A program made the translations under genes and the position numbers. Below the pieces are notes generated by a model. The model did no database searches. It was not told the DNA's origin and was given only the letters and a program-made list of their open reading frames with translations. A stretch of DNA of 63,297 bases, the filler included, from Barthelona sp. PAP020 (Eukaryota), in assembly GCA_040182905.1 (NCBI GenBank). It is 5 parts of 5 records of this genome, joined end to end, with 100 filler letters (N's around TTAATTAATTAA, not from the genome) between each part and the next. Parts side by side here need not be neighbours in the genome. Positions count along the whole stretch, not along the records: positions 1 to 12,807 come from JARQWU010000339.1; positions 12,908 to 25,466 come from JARQWU010000342.1; 3 more parts are not named here. One strand, 5' to 3'. Below are positions 9,740 to 20,492 of this stretch, one piece after another; the stretch's first letter is position 1; every line of letters begins with the position of its first letter.

Positions 9740-10594
9740 CTATCGACGTTTCTTACCTTTTGAAGAGGGTCTTTTAACAACACCACCTTCTTTCAACGTT
9801 TTTGCCACATCTGTTAACTTTTCGAATCGCTCATTAAACTGTTCCTTAACTTCCTGCAACGATTCTAACAACTTATTTTCATATTCAGTCAACATTCCAT
9901 TCAAAGCGAACTCTAAAACTTGTGCTGTTTGTTCGTCAACTGTACCATTAGTAAAAGTTAAGGGAAGAGGAATCTTTTTTCCATCATTGAGAGGTAAAGG
10001 TGCTAAAGGAACATCAAAATACAATTTTTTCCTTTTAAAATGAAAATGTGGCTTGCAGTTAATAGCATTGATTGTTAACTCATGCTGGGAAAAAATTGCA
10101 TACATGAAAAAATCTACAAATTTTTTGGCGGTTTTTTCTGTCAAAAAATATGTGTTAGGATCAACATTATTGCTACTTGGTGCCAATAGAGACTTTAATT
10201 TGGTAGCTAGTTTATTTAATATCATAGTTTCTTCCTCAAAATCTGATTGATCATCTTTTTGAATTAATATCTCAAGATAAAGTTCAAGGAAATTGAATAT
10301 TGCAAAAGTTTCATGAATATTTAATTTATTATCTGTACAGTATAATAAAATACTGACCAATAAATTAACTTTAACAGTAATCAAAGGATCTACCAAATTT
10401 GAAGAATCATCCAAACCATAAAATTGTTTCAAAAGTTCCATTTTCCTTTCAAATACTTCAACAGTAAGAATTTCTTCAAATTTTTCAACATCATTAGTTT
10501 TCAAATGTTCAAAATTGTCTTCAAAAACAATATTATCAAATAATTCGGTAAATATATCTGGTAATACTATTGTTGGTTCTGAATCACCAATCAT
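9740..10594 (-). CDS. Probable CLAMP-domain flagellar central-pair protein (CFAP119/CABCOCO1-like)
   Basis: 284 aa; helical pattern ending in 'FVDFFMYAIFSQHEL...VPLAPLPLNDG' followed by a coiled coil resembles the CLAMP family (recognised by eye). Confidence 0.55.
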   Translation of the reverse strand: MIGDSEPTIVLPDIFTELFDNIVFEDNFEHLKTNDVEKFEEILTVEVFERKMELLKQFYGLDDSSNLVDPLITVKVNLLVSILLYCTDNKLNIHETFAIFNFLELYLEILIQKDDQSDFEEETMILNKLATKLKSLLAPSSNNVDPNTYFLTEKTAKKFVDFFMYAIFSQHELTINAINCKPHFHFKRKKLYFDVPLAPLPLNDGKKIPLPLTFTNGTVDEQTAQVLEFALNGMLTEYENKLLESLQEVKEQFNERFEKLTDVAKTLKEGGVVKRPSSKGKKRR

Positions 10595-10668
10595 TTTTCA
10601 AAATTAAAGGATAATCGACAAATAAAAAGAAATGAAATTTTTTAATTTTCTGTTTTATCCATAAAAGA

Positions 10669-11994
10669 ATGGAAGAAGTGGAGCGAAATGTACTTGGATA
10701 TGATGATCAGGAAACAGATATTGGATTATTACCAAATGATCCTCCTCCTCATAGGATGGAATCGGAAAATAACATTGATTTTTTTCCTGAAAGAGAAATA
10801 TGGGCGGAAGGGCACCTATTTAGTTCAGCTTTTTTAACTTCTAAGAAGAAACAATTTTTGAGATGTCGAAACAATTATTTGTATATTTATAATAATATTG
10901 AGGATAGTCAACCCAAATATAAGTTTGATTTAGATTCATTAGTGGTTGAGGAAGAATATAAATCAAATCAGACTGTATTATCAATTAAAAATTCTTCTGA
11001 GTCCTTGACCTTGTTTGGTTCCACACACATTTCAACTCAAAGATGGTTTTTTTTATTATTGGCTAATATAGCGTCTATTCAATATTCATTAAGTTGTGAA
11101 ATCGCGGATAAGTATCCCAATGATGAAGTTTTGGCTATTTTGCGAAATCCAGCTAATTTATTCAATTCTTCATTAAATTTTTCAAATTTAAAGTTAGACT
11201 TTGAATCGACAATAGCTTTATCATCTGGTTTAAAGCGCAGAACAATTCAACAATTGAAATTTCGTCATTGTAATTTAGACAGTCATTGTGTTAGTGCGTT
11301 ATTACCGTTAATTGAAAGTTGTGATTGTTTACAGCTCTTGGACTTAGGTTTTAACAATTTAGACGATGATTGTGGAAACTCAATTCCTAGTATGATCAGA
11401 AATTGTTCGTCTTTAAGATATTTGTTGTTGAATGACAATAAGATAAGTGACGATGGTTTTGAAGATATTTTATGCAGCTTAGATGAAAGGGAGAATGATT
11501 TACATACACTTAATTTGAGCAATAACAAGATAACAAATGAAGGAATCGCTAGATTGTGTGAAATTGTTGAGGAGTCGGTTGAACGTTTGAAATTATTAAA
11601 ACTAGATCTTTCAAACAATCCTTTAGATGAAGATGGAGCAAGATTGTTCGCTAGGTATTTGAAATCTGCTGGAATCCGGGAATTGGTTGTCAATTTTTGT
11701 CAATTCAATGAGGGTTCAAATGATCTAATTCAAAGTGTCAAAAACTGTGAATCCCTCAGTAGATTATCCCTAGTCGGAATCGCCAGACATAATTCTTTGT
11801 CTTTGGAGAATGTTACGGAGAATTTAACACATCTTCATTTTAGTTTGCATCAAACAGACCTTCAAAACATCGATGAATTATTTCAAAGCATTGATTTTAG
11901 CAGAATGTCAATAAGAGAATTGAGTTTAAATGTTCCTGCACAAGAAAATTTGGATATTATTATGGAAGACCCATTCATTAAGGCAATCTCATAG
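10669..11994 (+). CDS. PH-domain plus ribonuclease-inhibitor-type LRR protein
   Basis: N-terminal PH-like region (EGHL...YLYIY...QRWFFLL) followed by LxxLxLxxNxIxDxG repeats. Confidence 0.75.
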   Translation: MEEVERNVLGYDDQETDIGLLPNDPPPHRMESENNIDFFPEREIWAEGHLFSSAFLTSKKKQFLRCRNNYLYIYNNIEDSQPKYKFDLDSLVVEEEYKSNQTVLSIKNSSESLTLFGSTHISTQRWFFLLLANIASIQYSLSCEIADKYPNDEVLAILRNPANLFNSSLNFSNLKLDFESTIALSSGLKRRTIQQLKFRHCNLDSHCVSALLPLIESCDCLQLLDLGFNNLDDDCGNSIPSMIRNCSSLRYLLLNDNKISDDGFEDILCSLDERENDLHTLNLSNNKITNEGIARLCEIVEESVERLKLLKLDLSNNPLDEDGARLFARYLKSAGIRELVVNFCQFNEGSNDLIQSVKNCESLSRLSLVGIARHNSLSLENVTENLTHLHFSLHQTDLQNIDELFQSIDFSRMSIRELSLNVPAQENLDIIMEDPFIKAIS

Positions 11995-12807
11995 TTAATC
12001 ATGTGATTTTTTGGTTCTTTTTTTTGTAAATTTTGTTTTAATTTTATTTTATTGGTGAAGATATTGCGAAAAAGTTAGTGCACCTTTCAAACATTATGAA
12101 GATTCACAGAGAACAGTTGAAGACTTAACTTTTTTTGGTGAAAAATTTGAGTCCAAAAAAGGAAAATGCTGAAGGGTAAACTAAATGATGAGCAAAAAGA
12201 AGAGAAAATTGATGAATTGAAAGCACAATATGGAATGAATTATGTACATAAAAAAAATAAAATAAAATAAAATAAAATAAATTGTTTTTTATTAAAGAAA
12301 GAATACCAATATTATTTGAATCAAATTTGCTTAGTAAATTATAAAAGTAGCAAAGTGAAATGCTTTAATTGAAGTGGATTAACTGATAAAAATATTTTGT
12401 TTTTCAAATAGAGGATGAGTTTAAATGTACTGTTATTATCAATGTTGTTAATCTTTAAAACATCATAAACACTAATTCTTCAATAATTTGAATATTTGAT
12501 TTTTCTTTAAAGAAAACATCAAAAAAATTGCTTTTTGATTGTTATTAAATATTTGTTGAAAAAAAAATTCTATAATAGTGCAAAAACTTTATAAAATACC
12601 CTTTTTTATTCAGTTATTAAGTTAAAAATAGGGTTCGTCATACCGAATTTTATTTTAAGGGTCAGATGAATGTTTACAAATAATTTCAAAAAAAAAAAAT
12701 ATTTTCATAAATTTAAAAGACTTTTATTTTTATGTTAACCCATCACGTTGGGGTTTGGTATAGTTAGAAGTTTTCGATGACGAAGATTTTGGGATGTTCG
12801 ACGCCTA

Positions 12808-12907
12808 NNNNNNNNNNNNNNNNNNNNNNNNNNNNNNNNNNNNNNNNNNNNTTAATTAATTAANNNNNNNNNNNNNNNNNNNNNNNNNNNNNNNNNNNNN
12901 NNNNNNN
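12808..12907. other. Artificial contig linker (N44-TTAATTAATTAA-N44)
   Basis: 100-nt spacer with stop codons in all six frames. Confidence 0.98.
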
Positions 12908-13370
12908 CAATAACAACCTTTCCACGAACCGATTGAATGGGATCAACAACAACAGCCACAGCTCTTGGATCAAGCTTTTCAAAACTTGACTGAGTCATTT
13001 GATCAACAGACGATAACCAACATCCAAAACCAGGATGACTGTGATACCATCCAACAACACTTTCAGTTCTACCAACCCTCGTAAGCATACCAAGCATTTC
13101 GCTTTGAAAAACTTCATCATGTGCTTCAACTGAATATCCAGTTCCTGTTTGTGGCATTGCAAAAACATCAGCCACAACAATTGTGTAAGGATCAACAAAT
13201 TCTCCCAACATCAACCCCATAACTTCTAAAGGAATACCAGCACGACAATGATTAAGCATTTTAACTAAAGCTAATGAACTTATATGAATAGTTTCGGCAG
13301 TATCAGTTTGTTCTTCATTTTCTGGTTTTCGAGAACCTCCCAATAATTGGGAAATAGCATCCATATTCAT
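12908..13370 (-). CDS. RPN11: 26S proteasome lid deubiquitinase Rpn11/PSMD14, 3'-truncated by contig end
   Basis: [18 protein letters not shown] and JAMM motif [16 protein letters not shown]. Confidence 0.96.
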
Positions 13371-13588
13371 CTTATTGACAAAAAATAAACTATTATATAA
13401 AAAAAAAACTGAGATTACAGTTCTTTTTTTGTTTCTGTCTCAATCATTTATCTGGAAAAAATTGTTTTGCTTTCTTTCAAATTGCTCTATTTCTTTAAAA
13501 TTTCGGAATTATTTGCATAAAATTAAAGTATTTATTTTATTTCATCAAATTCGTTTTTTTATTTCTTCCTTTTCTTCTTTGGAAAAAC

Positions 13589-13939
13589 ATGAACATGATG
13601 GGAAATATGGATAATAATGTGCTTGCATATGTCAATGCGGGTACATTGAATCAACATCTCAATCAAAAGGTCCAAATTTTGTTGCAAGTTATGAAGAATG
13701 ATGGGCAAATTCAGTTGATGACCTCAGATGATAAGCTTATTAATGTTAGATTTCATGCTCAAATTGAGAGTGATGCATTGGACTATGGTGCTATTATTCT
13801 TTTGATTGGTGTTGTTGAGAGTTCACAAAGTATGACTGGTGAAATTGTTTTATTACAAGAAGATCATATTGATTTTGAAGCTTGGAATAAGTTGGTTGAA
13901 GTTTATCACAAATATCCAAACATATATCAACCTCACTAG
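13589..13939 (+). CDS. RPA3: Replication protein A 14 kDa subunit
   Basis: 116 aa; VNAGTLNQHLNQKVQI...TSD...DFEAWNKLVEVYHKYPNIY fits the RPA3 OB-fold pattern. Confidence 0.75.
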   Translation: MNMMGNMDNNVLAYVNAGTLNQHLNQKVQILLQVMKNDGQIQLMTSDDKLINVRFHAQIESDALDYGAIILLIGVVESSQSMTGEIVLLQEDHIDFEAWNKLVEVYHKYPNIYQPH

Positions 13940-14102
13940 TTTCATTGGTTTTTTCTTTGTATTTTTGTATGTCATTTTTTAACACAAATTTTAATTTATT
14001 GAATTCACCGTAATGTTAATTCATAGAAAACAATAAAGGCGTTTGAGACTTTTTTTTTTAATTTTTCAATTTTTTTGGCATGCAATTCAATTTTTGTTAT
14101 TA

Positions 14103-16415
14103 ATGAATTCCATTCTTGCATATTTAATTGGATCCAATGTTACTTATCAATTAGCGGATGAAGATTGTTCAATTGGGAGGAATCCCAATAATGACATTCA
14201 ATTGAATTCTAGATCGGTATCTGGAGACCATTGTATTATTAGTGTGTCAGAAAATGGAAATGATGCGTTGTTACGAGATTTGGATAGTCGAAATGGTACT
14301 TTTGTAAATGATTTGAGAGTTCAAAATTCTACTGTACGTTTATTTTCAGGTGATACTATAAAATTTGGATATGATATTCATACTTTTAAGTTTGAGTTAA
14401 CGTCTGCGAACAAAAAAAAAAGGTTGAATCAGGCAACTGTTGACCATGCAACTTTTGGTTTACAATCAAACGAAGAAACTATCGGGGTTAAAACAATTAA
14501 TGAACTAAACAACAAGAGTAAGCCTCAATCACCTTCTAAAGAATATGAGTCAAAATCACCAAAAATTATTGAACGGTTGCCAAATATTCTGAATGGTCGG
14601 TCTATGTGGGCTAAAGAAAGTATGTATGATGCTCAAGAAGATAAACTAAAAGAAAAACCTCATCATAGTTCGGTAAAGAGGGTATTTCCTGAGCCAAAGA
14701 TATTTATTCCAAGTTCTGATGGTCCAAAACAGTATTTTGCTTCTGTTTCTCAGTCTACTGATGAAAAAGAAATTGAACCTGTGGAGAATTCAACGTTTGT
14801 AAATACTGAGGCAATCAAAATGATTGAACAGCCTTCTGATATTGTTGATGAATTTGTGAAGTATCCGGAACTTAGTACATCTTCAGCAGCTTCTTTTGCG
14901 GATTCTGATGTTCAAAACAGTCTTGAAAAAAGATTTGACGATTTGCAAACATTTTTGAAGTCAACAAATGAGCGCTTAAGTTCAATTGAAGGGTATACAA
15001 AGGAGAAATCTCAAAAGTCTAATGAAGATCAAATGAATAGATCTCGGCAAAAAGTTTCTTTTTCTGATAATTCACCAAGAAGTGTTGATTTTAGAACAGA
15101 TAAAATGAAAGAACAATCTCAATCAGAATCCTCCTCAAAACAAACACTGACACAAACTGAACCTCAAATTGAAACTCCTTCTTTAAAATTTGAGGCGAAA
15201 CTTGAAACTGATGCTTCTGAGGAAGAGGAAATCATTGAAGAAGTATATTGTCATGATGAAGGTGTTCAAACGATGTTTTCAACTACAGAAAAAGAAGTGC
15301 AACAAAATTTATTTTTTGAATTGGAGGAATTGCATATCATTCATTCTAGTGTAGATGAATTAATGAAAAAAATCATCAGTGACACAAAAATTCACAAAAG
15401 TTTTGGAAATTTTTCATATCCTGAAACATTTAACAATAATAATGATTACACTTTGATAATTAATGAGACTATCAATAAACTCAAGATGTTAAATTCATCT
15501 TTGATAAGATTTGATTGTGAAACCAAAGAAAAAGGTTTACAATATGAAGATATTGGAATAATTTTTGAAATAGAACAAATTCGTAAGGAAAATGAAGAAT
15601 TAAGAATATCCAATCATCAGATGAAAAAAAAATTGGAAAAAAAAATTTGTTTAATTGAAAAATATCAAAAACAATTAGAATATAATGAAAATTTGAATCA
15701 AATAACTGAATTGATTGAAAATAATGAAGTTTTAACAAAAAAAAATTTGGAATTGGAAAAAATTCTCAATTTGCAAAATTCTTTCACCAATAACAAAGAA
15801 AATAAAAAAAATACAGATGATAATCAATTTGCAATAAATAAATATTATAAAAATTTACAGGAAGAAAATTTACAGTTGAAAGAAACTGTTAAAGAATTTG
15901 AAAATAATTTTTCAAGGAGTAATCAATCGTGGAATTCTTTGTATAGTCAGATAGAAACATTGAAGAGTGATCGAAATCAGTTACAAGAATTGTTGAAAGA
16001 TTCTCGTGCAAAGAATCAACTTCAAGAACAAAAAAATTCAATGGAATTACAAAAATATTATTCAAAATTATTAGGAATGGCGTCTAACAATCAAAATAGT
16101 ATGTATGATCAATTGAAGTTGTTAATACGAAAAGTATTTGAAATTGAAGAAAAGAATCGTTTATTGTTGACTTATAATCAAGAATTAAAAGTAGGTTTTC
16201 AAATTGCTTATCAAAAATTAAAAAAAATTCATGAAAATAAAGATAATTTGAATAAAGATGGTATTTCAATGCAAAAACTTCAAAATGAATTGATTCAATT
16301 GAAACAACAATCAAATCCTATGGAATTAGTCAGGTTACGAAAAGTTAATGAGGATTTAATTGTTAAGAATAATCATTTATCCAATGAACTGAATAAATTG
16401 AAAGCAACTATTTAG
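14103..16415 (+). CDS. FHA-domain coiled-coil protein (FHAD1/CEP170-like architecture)
   Basis: FHA motifs IGR, SxxH (VSGDHC), SRNGTFVN, GDTIKFG; long C-terminal coiled coil; first ATG at 14103. Confidence 0.8.
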   Translation: MNSILAYLIGSNVTYQLADEDCSIGRNPNNDIQLNSRSVSGDHCIISVSENGNDALLRDLDSRNGTFVNDLRVQNSTVRLFSGDTIKFGYDIHTFKFELTSANKKKRLNQATVDHATFGLQSNEETIGVKTINELNNKSKPQSPSKEYESKSPKIIERLPNILNGRSMWAKESMYDAQEDKLKEKPHHSSVKRVFPEPKIFIPSSDGPKQYFASVSQSTDEKEIEPVENSTFVNTEAIKMIEQPSDIVDEFVKYPELSTSSAASFADSDVQNSLEKRFDDLQTFLKSTNERLSSIEGYTKEKSQKSNEDQMNRSRQKVSFSDNSPRSVDFRTDKMKEQSQSESSSKQTLTQTEPQIETPSLKFEAKLETDASEEEEIIEEVYCHDEGVQTMFSTTEKEVQQNLFFELEELHIIHSSVDELMKKIISDTKIHKSFGNFSYPETFNNNNDYTLIINETINKLKMLNSSLIRFDCETKEKGLQYEDIGIIFEIEQIRKENEELRISNHQMKKKLEKKICLIEKYQKQLEYNENLNQITELIENNEVLTKKNLELEKILNLQNSFTNNKENKKNTDDNQFAINKYYKNLQEENLQLKETVKEFENNFSRSNQSWNSLYSQIETLKSDRNQLQELLKDSRAKNQLQEQKNSMELQKYYSKLLGMASNNQNSMYDQLKLLIRKVFEIEEKNRLLLTYNQELKVGFQIAYQKLKKIHENKDNLNKDGISMQKLQNELIQLKQQSNPMELVRLRKVNEDLIVKNNHLSNELNKLKATI

Positions 16416-16565
16416 CGTTGTTTTTGTAAATTATATTGATGATCTCTTTTCTTTTTTTTTTGATTTGAGGAGAAAATGTTTTCAAGTTTGAAAAAAAAAA
16501 AAATTTTTTTGTTTTTTGACAACATAAAATTTATCAAGATAAAACAATCAATTTTAAAAAATTGA

Positions 16566-17180
16566 TTATCTATAACGCCAGAACTTAGTGGTGTTGAGTC
16601 TCTTCCAAGTAGCACGACGAGAAGGACGTAACTTAATAGTACCACGACCCTTCTTGGTAATACCACGAGACTTCTTACCAGCAGCAGTAAGACCACGTAA
16701 TTCTCTGTGCTTCATGACATCCTTGCACATCCAGTTGATACGAGGATCGTTACGAATAGCATTATGAGCGGGATCAATGCAGATAACTTCAAAATACATA
16801 TAAGTAGCATCTTGAGCAACCCAGTAAGAATTGAGAACACGAAGAGCAGGACAACGACGACCAACACGATCTTCAGCAATAGTACGTTGAGAACGTTGAT
16901 ATTTAAGACCGAAAATACCATCATGAACGGGCTTTCCGTGAGCAATGTTATGATGATATGGTCTTTTTCTGTTACCACGACGAACACGTGCACGATAGAC
17001 AACATAACCTTGTTTAGCCTTGTAACCAAGACGACGAGCTTTGTCTACACGTGTAGGATGGGAAATACGATGAACAACAGGAAGTTGACGATATTCCCAA
17101 GTACGAAGACGGTTAAGATAACTCATAACAGCAGATTGTTTGCGTTTCCAGATTTCTTCAAGATATTTGTAAGCACCCAT
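16566..17180 (-). CDS. RPL15: 60S ribosomal protein L15 (eL15)
   Basis: [16 protein letters not shown]...[12 protein letters not shown]...LRVLNSYWV...KHRELRGLT; intronless. Confidence 0.98.
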   Translation of the reverse strand: MGAYKYLEEIWKRKQSAVMSYLNRLRTWEYRQLPVVHRISHPTRVDKARRLGYKAKQGYVVYRARVRRGNRKRPYHHNIAHGKPVHDGIFGLKYQRSQRTIAEDRVGRRCPALRVLNSYWVAQDATYMYFEVICIDPAHNAIRNDPRINWMCKDVMKHRELRGLTAAGKKSRGITKKGRGTIKLRPSRRATWKRLNTTKFWRYR

Positions 17181-17491
17181 TTAAATTTGTGTCAAGAAAA
17201 TTGATTGAGGAAAAAAATAAAAGTTTGAAACTTTTTTTGAAAGTTTCTTTTTTCTCAGTTTGCTTCCAAATGATATTCATCAATTGATATTTGATCAATA
17301 AAATTGACCGTTTTGTTGATTTTTTTTTTTTTGTCAAATAAAAAGTGTATTCTATTTTCATCTACAATTATTTACTTTTATTTTCCTTCGTTTTATACAT
17401 CTGTCAAAAAAAGTGGAGATTCACAGGATTTAAAAAAAAATTGAATTTTTCAAAGAGATGTCAAAGTTTTTCAAACACACTTTTTTTCATT

Positions 17492-20131
17492 ATGTCAAAA
17501 ATTCACGCTTTCCTTTTTGGAACTGATCCTTCTAAGGGTACTGATAAGAAACTTCTTGGTGGTAAGGGTGCTGGTTTAGCTACCATGACTGCTGCTGGTA
17601 TTCCCACTCCCCCTGGTCTTACTATTACTACTGAAGCCTGTAATTTATATCAAAAAACTAAAGCCTGGCCTGCTGGTCTTTCTGATACTCTTTCAGCTCT
17701 TCTTTCAGAACTTGAAGCCAAGTTAGGAAAGCAATTTGGTGGTCTTGAAAACCCCCTTCTTCTTTCTGTTCGTTCCGGTGCTGCTATTTCCATGCCTGGT
17801 ATGATGGATACTGTCTTAAATCTTGGTTTAAACAACACAACTGTTGAAGCTTTAGCTAAGAAGACAAATAATCCTCGTTTCGCTTATGATTCCTATCGTC
17901 GTTTCATGCAAATGTTTGGTAATGTCGTTATGGGTATTAAGGGTGAAAAGTTTGAACATTGTCTTCAAAGAGTTAAGGATGTTCATGGAAGAAACCTTGA
18001 TCTTGAATTAACTACTGAAGAATTACAAGAAGTAATAGCTGCTTATCGTGAAATGGTTCTTGAAACTGTCAATCGTGAATTCCCTGAAGATCCTCGTGAA
18101 CAACTTGATCTTGCTATTACTGCTGTTTTCGATTCTTGGGACAATCCTCATGCTATTACATATCGTCGTATTAACCACATTCCTGATAATCTCGGAACTG
18201 CTGTTAATGTTCAATGTATGGTCTTTGGTAATATGGGTGAAACTTCTGGTACTGGTGTCGCATTTACTCGTGATCCCTCTACTGGAGAAAGAGTTTACTA
18301 TGGTGAGTATCTTCCCAATGCTCAAGGTGAAGATGTTGTCGCTGGTATTCGTACTCCCTTCAAGCTTGCTTTACTTGAAAAGAATATGCCTGGTCCTTAT
18401 GTTCAATTAGTTGAAGTTTTCAAGAAACTTGAAGAACATTATCGTGATATGCAAGATATTGAATTCACTATTGAAGAAGGAAAGCTTTGGTTACTTCAAT
18501 GCCGTGTTGGTAAGCGTACTGCTGCTGCTGCCGTCAAGATTGCCTGTGATATGGTTGATGAAGGTGTTATTTCCAAGGATGAAGCTCTCTTACGTATTGA
18601 CCCTAAGTCTCTTGATCAACTTCTCCATCCTCAACTTATCCCTGAAGCCAAAGAAGCCTCTGAAGTTGTTGCTGTTGGTTTAGCTGCATCTCCTGGTGCT
18701 GCTGTTGGTAAGGTTTATTTCACTGCTCATGATTGTGAAGAAGCTGTCGCCAGAGGAGAAAAGGTTGTTCTTGTTCGTCTTGAAACATCTCCTGAAGATA
18801 TTCAAGGTATGTATGTTGCTCAAGGTGTCTTAACTGCCCGTGGTGGTATGACTGCTCACGCTTCCGTTGTTTGTCGTGGTATGGGTAAATGCTGTGTTGC
18901 TGGATGTCAAGAAATTTCTCTTGATGAACATAATAAGATGTTCACTACTCATAAGGGACTTGTTGTCAAGGAAGGTGAAGTTATTACTCTTGACGGTTCT
19001 ACTGGTGAAGTTTTCATTGGAGCTATTGCTGTTAAGGATGCTCAAATTGGTGGAGATTTTGGTAGAATTATGGCTTGGGCTGATGAAGCTCGTACCATGG
19101 GTGTTCGTGCCAACGCTGAATCTGAAGGTGATGTTAAGACTGCTCTTAAGTTTGGTGCTGAAGGTATTGGTCTTGCTCGTACTGAACATATGTTCTTCGA
19201 AGGTGAACGTATCTGGTCTGTCCGTAAGATGATCATGGCTGATAAGCTTGCTGATCGTAAGGCTGCTCTTGAAGAAATTCTTCCCATGCAAAAGTCTGAT
19301 TTCGAAATGATCTTCGATAACTTCGACAAGAAACCTGTCAATATTCGTCTTTTGGATCCTCCTCTTCATGAATTCCTTCCTGCTGAAGAAGCTGATAAGA
19401 TTGAAATGGCTAAGCGTCTCAACATTACTGTTCAACAAGTTGAAGAAAAGGTTGAAGCTCTTCATGAAATCAACCCCATGCTTGGTTTCCGTGGATGCCG
19501 TCTTGCTGTTGTTTATCCTGAAATTCTTGAAATGCAAGTTCGTGCCATGTTTGAAGCTGGTGCTGCTTGTATTAAGAGAGGAAAGGTTGTTAACATTGAA
19601 TGTATGGTTCCTTTAATCCAATCTGCCGCTGAAATGAAGCATCTCCGTAAGTTTATTGAAGCTGTCATTGCTCAAGTTGAAGCTGAAACTGATATTGAAG
19701 TTCCTCACACAATCGGTTGTATGATTGAAATTCCTCGTGCTGCTGTTAGAGCTGCTGAAATTGCCAAGTATGCTGATTTCTATTCTTTCGGTACCAACGA
19801 TCTCACTCAAATGACTTTTGGTTTCTCTCGCGATGATGCTGGATCCTTCATTAAGACTTATCTTGATAAGGGTCTCTTTGAATATGATCCTTTCCAAGTT
19901 CTTGATTTTGATGGTGTTGGTTATTTGGTTGAATTAGCCACTAAGGAAGGTCGTAAGACTAACCCCAAGCAAAAATGTGGTGTTTGTGGTGAAACTGGTG
20001 GTGAACCTTTATCCGTTGAATTCTATCACAATTGTGGTTTGAATTATGTTTCTTGTTCTCCTTTCCGTATTCCTATTGCTCGTCTTGCCGCTGCTCACGC
20101 TGCTATTAAGGAAAAGTTGGCCAAGAACTAA
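17492..20131 (+). CDS. PPDK: Pyruvate, phosphate dikinase (879 aa)
   Basis: LLGGKGAGL, SVRSGA-SMPGMMDT, phospho-His motif GGMTAH, GIGLARTEHMF, SFGTNDLTQ; likely ATG at 17492; strong high-expression codon bias. Confidence 0.97.
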   Translation: MSKIHAFLFGTDPSKGTDKKLLGGKGAGLATMTAAGIPTPPGLTITTEACNLYQKTKAWPAGLSDTLSALLSELEAKLGKQFGGLENPLLLSVRSGAAISMPGMMDTVLNLGLNNTTVEALAKKTNNPRFAYDSYRRFMQMFGNVVMGIKGEKFEHCLQRVKDVHGRNLDLELTTEELQEVIAAYREMVLETVNREFPEDPREQLDLAITAVFDSWDNPHAITYRRINHIPDNLGTAVNVQCMVFGNMGETSGTGVAFTRDPSTGERVYYGEYLPNAQGEDVVAGIRTPFKLALLEKNMPGPYVQLVEVFKKLEEHYRDMQDIEFTIEEGKLWLLQCRVGKRTAAAAVKIACDMVDEGVISKDEALLRIDPKSLDQLLHPQLIPEAKEASEVVAVGLAASPGAAVGKVYFTAHDCEEAVARGEKVVLVRLETSPEDIQGMYVAQGVLTARGGMTAHASVVCRGMGKCCVAGCQEISLDEHNKMFTTHKGLVVKEGEVITLDGSTGEVFIGAIAVKDAQIGGDFGRIMAWADEARTMGVRANAESEGDVKTALKFGAEGIGLARTEHMFFEGERIWSVRKMIMADKLADRKAALEEILPMQKSDFEMIFDNFDKKPVNIRLLDPPLHEFLPAEEADKIEMAKRLNITVQQVEEKVEALHEINPMLGFRGCRLAVVYPEILEMQVRAMFEAGAACIKRGKVVNIECMVPLIQSAAEMKHLRKFIEAVIAQVEAETDIEVPHTIGCMIEIPRAAVRAAEIAKYADFYSFGTNDLTQMTFGFSRDDAGSFIKTYLDKGLFEYDPFQVLDFDGVGYLVELATKEGRKTNPKQKCGVCGETGGEPLSVEFYHNCGLNYVSCSPFRIPIARLAAAHAAIKEKLAKN

Positions 20132-20492
20132 TTTTTTTCATAAGGTTATGTGAAGGGTCTTTTGATTTTGCTTGGCAAAATTTGTGTATTGATAAAATGT
20201 GAATTTTTGATTATTTTTTTTTTGATGCTTTTCTTCAGATTTTCATTGTTGATATGTTGTTAACATTTTCCTTTATATATCTTTGAAGCATTCATAATGT
20301 GAAATTTGAAGGAAAAACAATTGTTCTGGCCTCTTATCATTTTTTAAAGTGATAACATTTTTCAATTAAGTAAACTTTACATGATTCTTGAATTAAAAAG
20401 TGAATGGAAAAAAAAAAAAAAAAAAAAATGAAAAGATCATTCTTTGTTGTTTGTTTTGTGAATATTATTGTATAGAAAAAAGAAAAATATAT

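Noticed and set aside
12166..12281. 34-codon ORF (MLKGKLNDEQKEEKIDELKAQYG...) ending in an (AAAAT)n tract
   Set aside because: Too short, no family features; may be chance or a gene remnant
16707..19897. Long antisense and alternative-frame ORFs over RPL15 and PPDK (also over RPS24 and RPS11)
   Set aside because: Expected shadow ORFs from strong codon bias in highly expressed genes; no recognisable protein features
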